From Acaryochloris marina MBIC11017 (GTDB lineage Bacteria; Cyanobacteriota; Cyanobacteriia; Thermosynechococcales; Thermosynechococcaceae), in the NCBI RefSeq assembly GCF_000018105.1, contig NC_009929.1, positions 194,681 to 226,680 of the forward strand: 32,000 nucleotides of DNA, given 5' to 3'. Position numbers and translations under genes: made by a program. Within the stretch, counting starts at the first letter, position 1. Every line of letters begins with the position of its first letter. The notes beneath the pieces were generated by a model. It was not told the origin of the DNA and ran no database searches. It saw only the letters and a program-made list of their open reading frames with translations. Below are positions 18,001-25,082 of the stretch, piece after piece.

Positions 18001-18653
18001 CCACGCAAGACGGGATGATCAGGACTGAGGGCACGCGCACGGTGGGCCATAACGGACTTATCCTGGATTAATTCCTTGAGGGTAGCGATGGACAGTAGTT
18101 CTACTTTCTGGATCTCATGGGAAGTTCGAAAACCATCAAAGAAATGGAGGAAGGGAATTCGGGTTTCTAGGGTTGCAGCGGTTGCGATCGCGGCAAAATC
18201 CTGGGCTTCCTGAACAGAAGCAGCACTCAACATTGCAAAGCCTGTCCCCCTCGCTGCCATTACATCACTGTGGTCTCCAAAAATTGACAAGGCTTGGGCT
18301 GCAACAGAGCGTGCAGCAATATGAAATACCGTAGAGGTCAGTTCTCCCGCAATCTTAAATAGGTTGGGAATCATTAACAGCAATCCCTGAGATGCAGTAA
18401 AAGTAGTCGTCAGTGCCCCCATTTGAAGGGCTCCATGGACTGCCCCTGCGACACCTGCTTCACTTTGCATTTCAACGACCAGAGGAACTACACCCCATAA
18501 ATTTTTGTTATTAGCTTCTGTCCATGTATCAGCCCATTCAGCCATCGGTGATACTGGAGTTATGGGGTAAATAGCAATCAACTCATTCAGAAAAAAGGCT
18601 ATCCTCGCAACAGCTTCATTTCCATCAAGGGTTGTGCAGGTACTATTCTTCAT
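15030..18653 (-). CDS. nifJ: Pyruvate:ferredoxin (flavodoxin) oxidoreductase
   Basis: This is a 1207-aa single-chain PFOR. The two 4Fe-4S motifs are CIQCGKCVMVCPH and CTGCGICVDVCP, and the TPP motif is GGDGWAYDIGYGGLDH. Confidence 0.95.
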   Translation of the reverse strand: MKNSTCTTLDGNEAVARIAFFLNELIAIYPITPVSPMAEWADTWTEANNKNLWGVVPLVVEMQSEAGVAGAVHGALQMGALTTTFTASQGLLLMIPNLFKIAGELTSTVFHIAARSVAAQALSIFGDHSDVMAARGTGFAMLSAASVQEAQDFAAIATAATLETRIPFLHFFDGFRTSHEIQKVELLSIATLKELIQDKSVMAHRARALSPDHPVLRGTAQNPDIYFQARETVNPYYLDCSTVTQTVMNDFAQLTGRQYQLFEYHGHPEAERIIVLMGSGCETVHETVDALNRQGDQVGVIKVRLYRPWDAQRFITALPPSTQSIAVLDRTKEPGSLGEPLYLDVLATLSEHSSHLSVQKVVGGRYGLSSKEFTPAMVKGIFDHLATTNPKNHFTIGINDDVTLTSLPYDSSFSTDSDQGMRAIFYGLGADGTVGANKNSIKIIGEHTDHYAQGYFVYDSKKSGSVTVSHLRFGPDPIRSTYLIEQANFIACHHWDFLDKIDVLKAAQPKAIVLLNSPYPATEIWERLPAHVQQQVLQKHLKLYGINANQIAQAVGMGGRINTVMQVCFFVLSDILPRDVGVACIKESIHQTYGKKGEEIVRMNLKAVDAALEQLYKVPMDDSIGQLKVNNSQASTMPETAPKFVREVLNYMIQRQGDMLPVSALPADGTYPTGTAKWEKRNIAQFIPVWDPEVCIQCGKCVMVCPHSVIRSKVYDPEHTEKAPTTFKSTAARDHAWSDLKFSIQVAPEDCTGCGICVDVCPAKNKSKPRLKALNMEPQRPLRETEVQNWDYFLTLPHPQRQSLNLHKISHQQMQQPLFEFSGACAGCGETPYIKLITQLFGDRMVVANATGCSSIYGGNLPTTPWTVNADGRGPAWSNSLFEDNAEFGLGFRVAIDQQKELARKLLEEVVNTIEDEHDYIQFLAERLLAAKQDDEADIAEIRQEVVLLKQWLTEQEIHLESHKNDRRDNSLIEKMSQLKALADYFVKKSVWIIGGDGWAYDIGYGGLDHVLASGRNVNILVLDTEVYSNTGGQMSKSTPRAAVAKFAAGGKPTPKKDLGLMAMTYGNVYVASVAMGARDEHTLKAFIEAESYEGPSLIIAYAHCIAHGIEMSSAMHHQKSLVDAGRWLLYRHDPRRVTQGQNPLVLDSHAPKVPINPSMYAENRFKMLTRSQPETAQQLLQEAQQDVNTRWLLYQYLAARPQRSQS

Positions 18654-18844
18654 TAGTCGATACTCCTGGGCTTGCCATGCAATGACGACAGCTACATCCG
18701 CTTCTCGCTATGCTCAAGCAAACCCTAGGAAAAGAGTTTGAGAAAAATATGAAGATCGAATCACTATGGCTTGAAATTCTTACCATGTGGAGATTGATTA
18801 AAAACGGGGAAAACTTTGATATACCAGTACATTGAGGGAAGGAA

Positions 18845-18974
18845 TAGACCTTATCGGAAATAAAATGGGTGAGAATAACTTCAAACGTCTATGTCGTAAG
18901 TCTTTGAGGCCGATTTTTCTCCAAAAATAAAACGCTTTACCAGTAAGGCTTTCAGCTATTTCCGATAAGGTCTA
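18845..18974. repeat. 130-bp segment bounded by a perfect 18-bp inverted repeat (candidate invertible switch or MITE)
   Basis: TAGACCTTATCGGAAATA (18845-18862) and TATTTCCGATAAGGTCTA (18957-18974) are exact reverse complements and enclose 94 bp. Both arms begin with TA. The internal 13-nt direct repeats GTAAGTCTTTGAG (18896-18908) and GTAAGGCTTTCAG (18943-18955) match at 11/13 positions. Confidence 0.7.
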
Positions 18975-18988
18975 ATGAGTCGTCATTC

Positions 18989-20074
18989 CTATTTTCTTAC
19001 CTCTGATGATTCATCAGAATTCTTCTGCCAAGAAATCGTCTCCGCCAATTTCGCAGAAGCCTTCTTCTGAAGCTGTTTGCGATTGTCATCATAGAACTTG
19101 AGCGTATTCAGATTGGCGTGTCGGGAATACGCCTGTGCTCCGCGCAAGTCCCCACCCGTCATCTCTAAATAGGTGGTTGTCCCACTATGGCGGACTTTGT
19201 GAGGTCCAAAGTTCTCACTTACCCCCGCCTTCTTCGCCAATGCCCGAACAATTCGATATACCGATGTCCCTGACAACCGCGACCCCCAATTCGCCCGATC
19301 CAACGAGATAAACAACGGCTCCGTGAGGCCATAAACTTCTCGCAGTTCCAGCCACTCTGAAATCGCTAGTACCCCACTTTCCGTCAAATCAATCCACTCT
19401 CTTTCGTTCCTTCCTTTCCCCAAAATCGACAACCGTTTTTGCTCCGAATCAAAATGACGGACATCACAGCCTACCAGCTCAGACCGTCGCAATCCCGCCT
19501 CCCAGAGTAGCGTCAACATGGCGAAATCCCGAGACCCAGCCAGGGAAAACCGATTGACGAACACCATCATCAGTCGAAATTGAGAGGCTGTAATTCCCCG
19601 AGTATCCCGATAAGGTTTTACTGTTAGGCCATCTACTTCCGCCAAAGTCCAATCACACATTTCCAAACGTCTGGCCATCCGCACCATGGACTTCACTGCG
19701 GACAACCGCCGATTGATGGTATTTGCCTGCAACCCTCGCTGCATCATACATTCCCGATACCGAGCGGCTAATTCCAAAGCCTTCAATCGGCCAATCCCCA
19801 CAAAGGACTGACTCAGCCGGGATAGTTCCACCTTCACCTGCGCCTTTATCTCACTTTTGCGCTTCGGTCCCTCAACTCCATAGACCATTTCCCCTTGGGT
19901 CACGAATAAAAAGAAGTCCACCAGATCCTTGGTATACCCTTCCCGCGTGGAGGGTTTGGTTTTCTCCACCAAGACTGCTCTAAGCAAATCGACATCAACT
20001 GCCGACTCATCGATTTCTAGGCGAACTAACCCTGATTCTGCCATTGCGATGGTCTCCGACCGACCTTCGGTCAT
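18989..20074 (-). CDS. Tyrosine site-specific recombinase (phage integrase / XerC-D-like)
   Basis: The catalytic signature is complete: AGLRRSEL (Arg I), HKVRHSG (His-x-x-Arg), SRHANLNTLKFYDD (His/Tyr). An N-terminal SAM-like core-binding region is present. Confidence 0.9.
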   Translation of the reverse strand: MTEGRSETIAMAESGLVRLEIDESAVDVDLLRAVLVEKTKPSTREGYTKDLVDFFLFVTQGEMVYGVEGPKRKSEIKAQVKVELSRLSQSFVGIGRLKALELAARYRECMMQRGLQANTINRRLSAVKSMVRMARRLEMCDWTLAEVDGLTVKPYRDTRGITASQFRLMMVFVNRFSLAGSRDFAMLTLLWEAGLRRSELVGCDVRHFDSEQKRLSILGKGRNEREWIDLTESGVLAISEWLELREVYGLTEPLFISLDRANWGSRLSGTSVYRIVRALAKKAGVSENFGPHKVRHSGTTTYLEMTGGDLRGAQAYSRHANLNTLKFYDDNRKQLQKKASAKLAETISWQKNSDESSEVRK

Positions 20075-20097
20075 CGCCGATCTGATCCACGTCCATT

Positions 20098-20131
20098 TTA
20101 GTGTACGTCAATGGCAATTTCCGTACACTAA
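20098..20131. promoter_or_regulatory. Perfect 10-bp inverted repeat with 14-nt spacer in the integrase / orphan-gene divergent control region (candidate operator)
   Basis: TTAGTGTACG (20098-20107) and CGTACACTAA (20122-20131) are exact reverse complements. The repeat begins 24 nt upstream of the integrase ATG (20074). Confidence 0.45.
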
Positions 20132-20152
20132 CGCCAAAATCTTATTATTTGG

Positions 20153-20174
20153 ACTTTGACTAAACTTTGACTAA
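20153..20174 (+). repeat. Exact tandem duplication of an 11-mer (ACTTTGACTAA x2), iteron/operator-like, each copy containing TTGACT
   Basis: Read directly: ACTTTGACTAA at 20153-20163 and again at 20164-20174. Confidence 0.6.
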
Positions 20175-20257
20175 TAAGCATGGTAAGCTATGGGGGTATT
20201 TGCCGAAAAAGAGCAAATCCTTGGCCAAAACCCATCCCCTACCTACGGTTTAAGACG

Positions 20258-20737
20258 ATGGCCCGTGCAATCGCAGAAAAATGCAGGCGGTGTTCCAAGC
20301 TACCCGTGGACCAAGCAAAGTTAAAGGAGTGCTGGGTGGGCCAGCGTTGCCATGTCCGTCGTTCCTCGTATAAACACCGCGATCGCTATAACCGAAACAA
20401 GAAACGGAAATATCAACTACAGACGGGGAAGCTGATTCCTGAAGTTACGGTGGATGTCCCCGTCCAACCTGCGGCCATTCGACGGATGTATCGAGCGAGA
20501 AGGGATGCGCCCCTTCATGCCATGTCAGCGGAGCTGTGGATAGGTCAAAAGCGGGTTGCGTTCGTTGAGCCTGTTCATACCCTGGGATGGACTAACTCTG
20601 ATGTGACGAAATACTCAAGGAGTATACTCAACCGCTTCTCTGAGCATCTAGACGGAAAAGTACTTCATCAGTTTGATTCACAAGTCGAAGTGGATCCAAG
20701 TCAATGCCCGATTCGTCCCTGCCCCTTGTTCCCGTAG
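20258..20737 (+). CDS. Orphan Cys-rich, highly basic protein (possible zinc-ribbon DNA-binding protein); alternative ATG at 20180
   Basis: MARAIAEKCRRCSK...ECWVGQRCHVRR carries CxxC and a later C..CH, followed by the KR-rich RRSSYKHRDRYNRNKKRKYQ. I recognise no family. Confidence 0.45.
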   Translation: MARAIAEKCRRCSKLPVDQAKLKECWVGQRCHVRRSSYKHRDRYNRNKKRKYQLQTGKLIPEVTVDVPVQPAAIRRMYRARRDAPLHAMSAELWIGQKRVAFVEPVHTLGWTNSDVTKYSRSILNRFSEHLDGKVLHQFDSQVEVDPSQCPIRPCPLFP

Positions 20738-20750
20738 GAGGTTGTTCACG

Positions 20751-21416
20751 ATGGCATTGCAACTGGAACTCGATCTTTGGCAGCAGCTGAATCAAGCAGA
20801 AGCGGTTCCAGTAGAGAGTGACCTCCAACAGTTGCAGGAGCGATTGGACTTAGTAGTCGCCCAGTTGCCATTAGAGGAGAAGTTATCCACGGCAGGGACT
20901 GCCCTATTGCAGATGGCGGAAATCTTGAGTCGGCGAGCGGAGGTCTTCCTCAGGGACTGGCGAGATGCCCACAACGATGACGGTCCCATCCTTGATTTGG
21001 ATGACGAAATGGGGATGGTTCGGCAATCCATGGTGTTAGACGATGATCTAATTGCTGAACCCGACCCGGTGACTCGGCGAACATTACCCAAAGAGGAGTG
21101 TGAGTCGATCGTTGTGCTCAAGGACAAGGCATCGTTGCTGGAAGAGCTGGAGACTGAGTTAAGGCTTGAGCAACCTGATGAAGTCTTGCAAGTCTTGGAA
21201 GAAGAGGATGTTTTGGCATGGGTACAGGCCATCTCAACGTACTTACAGGGGACATCTGGGATGGTGCCTTTGGTCGAGCTAAAACAGGAGCTACAGCTGT
21301 CACTGGTACCTATCTGGCTAGGAATGCTACTCGGTGGATTTCAGTTTGAGCAGCGGGGTGGGTTTTACGATCAGAATGTCTGGATTAAGACGGGTGCCTT
21401 GAACAGCCAGCCTTGA
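20751..21416 (+). CDS. Orphan acidic protein, translationally coupled to the preceding gene
   Basis: AGGAGG (20736-20741) overlaps the upstream TAG stop (20735-20737) and lies 9 nt before ATG 20751. The protein is rich in D/E/L (LDLDDEMG, LEELETELRLEQPDEVLQVLEEED). I recognise no family. Confidence 0.5.
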   Translation: MALQLELDLWQQLNQAEAVPVESDLQQLQERLDLVVAQLPLEEKLSTAGTALLQMAEILSRRAEVFLRDWRDAHNDDGPILDLDDEMGMVRQSMVLDDDLIAEPDPVTRRTLPKEECESIVVLKDKASLLEELETELRLEQPDEVLQVLEEEDVLAWVQAISTYLQGTSGMVPLVELKQELQLSLVPIWLGMLLGGFQFEQRGGFYDQNVWIKTGALNSQP

Positions 21417-21529
21417 AGACTATCTCCCTTTTTTCGAAGACCGCTGCAAGAAGCCGTACCTGGATAACTCGGATGAGATGCCAGTGATACACTCAATCAG
21501 CGAATCGAATACGAATCACGGAGCAGCGG

Positions 21530-22462
21530 GTGACACAACAGGAGTCCATTGACCATGATGGTCTGTTCAAAGAATTGATCGAGACGTTCTTTTGGGAGTT
21601 CTTAGATTTGTTTTTACCTCAAGTCTTAGACTATGTGGAGCGCGGACCCGTCACGTTTTTATCCCAAGAGGTATACAGCAGTATTGGTGCAGAAGAGAAG
21701 CGCATCATAGACCTGCTGGCTCGGGTTCAATTTCGAGAGCAAGAAAGCTATTTTCTGTTTCATATAGAGCCGCAGTCTTCAGTCCAAGCGGACTTTGAGA
21801 AACGCATGTTCTACTACTTCGGACGATTGCAGGAGAAATATGATTTGCCCATTTACCCAGTGGTGATTTTTTCCTATGACAGTCCCCGAAAGGAAGCAGA
21901 GAGCAGGTATACCGTTGAGTTTCCTGATTTTCAAGTCTTACAGTTCAATTTCCGGGCCATTCAACTCAACCGCTTGCACTGGCGGGACTACTTGAGGCAG
22001 CACAATCCAGTAGCGTCGGCTTTGATGGCTAAGATGCAAATTGCCAAAGAAGATCGGCCTCAAGTAAAGATGGAATGCCTGCGGATGTTGACTACCTTGC
22101 AGCTAGATCCAGCGAGAACTGAGTTTATTTCTCAATTTGTCGATACCTATCTCAGATTGGAAGCGGACGAGGAACAACTCTTTCAGGCAGAAATTGATAC
22201 ATTAGAATTAGGAGAAAGGGACGCAATCATGCAGACATTGACGAGTTGGGAAGAAAAGGGCCTTGCACGCGGTCGGCAAGAGGAGGGAGCAACCATAGTT
22301 CTGCGTATTCTCAACCGCAAATTAGGGAATCTATTACCTGAAGTTGAAGCCCAAATCCAGTCCTTAGAAGTTGAGAAGCTTGAGGAACTGAGCGAAGCAC
22401 TTTTGGAATTCGAGAGCTTAGAAAATTTGAACGCTTGGTTGCAAAATTTTGAGAATTCCTAA
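21530..22462 (+). CDS. Rpn-family recombination-promoting nuclease / putative transposase (PD-(D/E)XK) with DUF4351-like C-terminus
   Basis: The N-terminal DHDGLFKELIETFFWEFLDLFLP, IIDLLARV and FLFHIEPQS are present. The C-terminal block LTSWEEKGLARGRQEEGATIVLRILNRKLG...L is characteristic of the abundant cyanobacterial Rpn/DUF4351 family. The start codon is GTG. Confidence 0.8.
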   Translation: MTQQESIDHDGLFKELIETFFWEFLDLFLPQVLDYVERGPVTFLSQEVYSSIGAEEKRIIDLLARVQFREQESYFLFHIEPQSSVQADFEKRMFYYFGRLQEKYDLPIYPVVIFSYDSPRKEAESRYTVEFPDFQVLQFNFRAIQLNRLHWRDYLRQHNPVASALMAKMQIAKEDRPQVKMECLRMLTTLQLDPARTEFISQFVDTYLRLEADEEQLFQAEIDTLELGERDAIMQTLTSWEEKGLARGRQEEGATIVLRILNRKLGNLLPEVEAQIQSLEVEKLEELSEALLEFESLENLNAWLQNFENS

Positions 22463-22571
22463 ATTAGCTCTGGGTAACTGGTTATGCTATGTGTGTATTG
22501 CCAGTAACTAAGGCTTCACACAGTTCAAGATACAATTTCCTGGTTATTACTTAATTCAATAGAATCGAGAT

Positions 22572-23684
22572 ATGACGGCAACAGGAGCATCCCCGACATT
22601 ACTCAGCAGTTTCAATCTTCATGATTTGCCACTCGCCAATCGGATAGTCATGGCTCCCATGACAAGATCGCGAGCTGGGGAAGAAATGTTGGCGAATGCA
22701 ATGATGGCTGAATATTACGCTCAACGGGCATCAACAGGCTTGATTGTTACAGAAGGAACCTTTATCTCAGACCAAGCCATCGGTTGGCAGCATGTCCCTG
22801 GGATCTACACCCAAGAGCAAACCCAAGCTTGGCAAGTAGTAACTAAAGCTGTTCATGAAAAAGGGGGTAAGGTTTTTCTGCAACTTTGGCATTGTGGGCG
22901 AGCTTCTCACAGCAGCTTTCATCAGGATCATCAGCTTCCTGTAGCCCCCTCAGCTATCAAACTTGAGGGGGACTCAATTCATACCCCACAAGGCAAGCAG
23001 CCCTACGAAACCCCACGTGCTTTAAGTACCGATGAGATTCCACTGGTTGTTGAAGATTATCGAAATGCGGCTATCAATGCCAAAACGGCTGGCTTTGACG
23101 GTGTGGAAATTCACAGTGCCAACGGTTATCTGCTCGATAGCTTCTTGCAGAGTAAAACCAATCAACGCCAAGATCGTTACGGTGGAACTTTGGAGAATCG
23201 CTATCGATTTCTAAAGGAAGTCGTAGAGGCAATTTCCCAAGTCTGGCCAACTCACCGCATCGGTGTGCGACTTTCGCCGAATGGCGTCTTTAACGACATG
23301 GGGTCACCAGACTATCGTGAAACTTTCTTGTATGTTGCTCAGCAGTTAAATGCCTTTGATCTAGCTTATCTCCACATACTAGACGGTCTGGCCTTTGGAT
23401 TCCATGAGTTAGGTGAGCCCATGCAATTATCAGAATTCAGGTCTGTCTATAACGGAACCATCATTGGCAATTGTGGTTACAGTCAAGAGGATGCAGACGA
23501 TAGAATTTCGAACGGTAACGCTGACTTAATCGCTTTTGGCCGACCGTTCATCAGCAATCCAGATCTAGTGGAACGTTTCACAAACGGCTGGCCCTTAAAC
23601 CCACCTGCAGAGCAGAGTATTTGGTATTCATTCGAGAGGGAAGGATACACAGACTTCCCAATCTATTCAGAATCCCAAGCCTAA
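22572..23684 (+). CDS. Old Yellow Enzyme family NADH:flavin oxidoreductase (alkene / N-ethylmaleimide reductase-like)
   Basis: NRIVMAPMTRSRA, LQLWHCGRASH, GFDGVEIHSANGYLLDSFL and FGRPFISNPDL are present. Confidence 0.9.
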   Translation: MTATGASPTLLSSFNLHDLPLANRIVMAPMTRSRAGEEMLANAMMAEYYAQRASTGLIVTEGTFISDQAIGWQHVPGIYTQEQTQAWQVVTKAVHEKGGKVFLQLWHCGRASHSSFHQDHQLPVAPSAIKLEGDSIHTPQGKQPYETPRALSTDEIPLVVEDYRNAAINAKTAGFDGVEIHSANGYLLDSFLQSKTNQRQDRYGGTLENRYRFLKEVVEAISQVWPTHRIGVRLSPNGVFNDMGSPDYRETFLYVAQQLNAFDLAYLHILDGLAFGFHELGEPMQLSEFRSVYNGTIIGNCGYSQEDADDRISNGNADLIAFGRPFISNPDLVERFTNGWPLNPPAEQSIWYSFEREGYTDFPIYSESQA

Positions 23685-23827
23685 ACCACCTAATTCAGGA
23701 TTTTCTACAATTGACTGATATCAATCGAGATTCTCTGTTTTTTGTTTATAAAAAAACGACTCAACACCATCAAAGCGCCAGGGAACTGCGATGTTTGACG
23801 GGTCTGTGACTTTTGACAATTTCAAAC

Positions 23828-24811
23828 TTAGCGCTCCCAGCCATTAATCATCCTGGTTATTTCCGCGATCTTGAATTCATTCCCTTGTTCTGACTTGTGC
23901 CAGAGCTCAAACCGTGCTTCGTATTTGTTGCTCCAATCTCCTTCATAGACCGTTACCTCAGCATTGTATGGAAAGAATGTCTCACCAGAATCCGACCAAC
24001 CAACATAGCGCGTCGAGCGAGACGTCAGTTGTTCCTCAGATAAGCGTTGTCCGGTTTCTACGTCATAGACCCTTGTGTAGACATATCCGGGAGTGGTTGG
24101 GTTAATAGCTCCGTTGAGCAAATATATTCCCGGCTGCATTCCGTCGGAAACCTTGAAGTGTGGGGAATTCGGGCGCTTACCTGGGTAACGCGACTCGACA
24201 GGAATTAAACCTGTCGTTTTGATTTCGTCTTGATGTTTCAGAACATCTGCTAATTCAGCGAATACCTCACCTATTGTTTTCTTTGTAAACTGTCGGGCAG
24301 TCTCAGGTGCTTGGTCATAGATTTCGAGGTATAAGCGATCACCTTCAATAATGACGTAGGATGTGTTGCCGGGGGTACCTTCATGAGCTCCTTCAACAAT
24401 CACAGCCACATCGTCAGACCCTGCAATTGCTCGCGTTATATTGCCGCGATCCCGTCCTATTCCGTATGGCTCTTCGAAGGCAATTAGCACACGGGTCTGG
24501 TGCACGGAATCGTCATCATCGTTGCTATAAAAGCCATGGCGTGTCGTTTTATATTCACCCATGACCTTTTCCCGCCTTACTGCATATTTGATTCCACGTT
24601 CCTGACGAATCTCCCATCTGGAGTTGCCAGCTAGATACCGAAACAGGATGGATCTGGGCTCGGCGTCAAAACTTGCCATTGGTTCGGCAGAGATATTAAT
24701 GCGAGCCTCGTCTGGCCGCGACAGATGCCCCCCATAGCTGGAACCGATCAGACTACAAGCAGGAAGCAACGAAATCAACAAAGCGGTGAAGATGGAAATG
24801 TTGTGATTCAT
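23828..24811 (-). CDS. Orphan lipoprotein, function unknown
   Basis: A signal peptide with lipobox LLPACS is present. I recognise no motifs. The local composition looks more G+C-rich than the neighbours. Confidence 0.55.
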   Translation of the reverse strand: MNHNISIFTALLISLLPACSLIGSSYGGHLSRPDEARINISAEPMASFDAEPRSILFRYLAGNSRWEIRQERGIKYAVRREKVMGEYKTTRHGFYSNDDDDSVHQTRVLIAFEEPYGIGRDRGNITRAIAGSDDVAVIVEGAHEGTPGNTSYVIIEGDRLYLEIYDQAPETARQFTKKTIGEVFAELADVLKHQDEIKTTGLIPVESRYPGKRPNSPHFKVSDGMQPGIYLLNGAINPTTPGYVYTRVYDVETGQRLSEEQLTSRSTRYVGWSDSGETFFPYNAEVTVYEGDWSNKYEARFELWHKSEQGNEFKIAEITRMINGWER

Positions 24812-25082
24812 CTAACTAGCTAAGTTTAAGTAGACCAAAACTTCCCCCTATCACGAAATAAAGTGGTAGTTTGTCTACCTCTCAAATCCAAGCCTTTTCT
24901 ACATTAGCATCACGATATAAAGACTCAGTATTAATGGAAATTCATCAAGTTAGCGTTCTTAAGGTCTGGGGTAAGGCAACTTAATAAGTATTATCTTTTT
25001 GCTTTTTAATACCTGCCATAGCCAATCGCTAGAAAGACTAAAAATCTGTAGATTACAGCTTTTATACGAATAATCGAACTTC

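Noticed and set aside
18749-18838. A 29-codon ORF (MKIESLWLEILTMWRLIKNGENFDIPVH) in the nifJ upstream region.
   Set aside because: It has no convincing RBS, no recognisable family and a very short length. It cannot be supported from sequence alone.
18940-18954. CCAGTAAGGCTTTCA near the integrase 3' end resembles CCAGTAACTAAGGCTTCA at 22501-22518, just past the Rpn gene. These could be attL/attR direct repeats delimiting an island.
   Set aside because: There are only two 7-nt blocks, with an indel and a mismatch. This is too short and imperfect to separate from chance without comparative genomes.
21482-21504. CAGTGATACACTC, upstream of the Rpn gene, recurs at 28440-28452, with about 20/23 identity when extended. 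It could be a shared leader or mobile-element end.
   Set aside because: Exact 13-mers are expected by chance several times in 32 kb on two strands. The extension is only marginally better than random, and the flanks do not align convincingly.
24830-24885. An imperfect inverted repeat GTAGACCAAAAC...GTTTGTCTAC in the lipoprotein / membrane-protein spacer.
   Set aside because: The stem is short and gapped with a long loop, and there is no supporting context.
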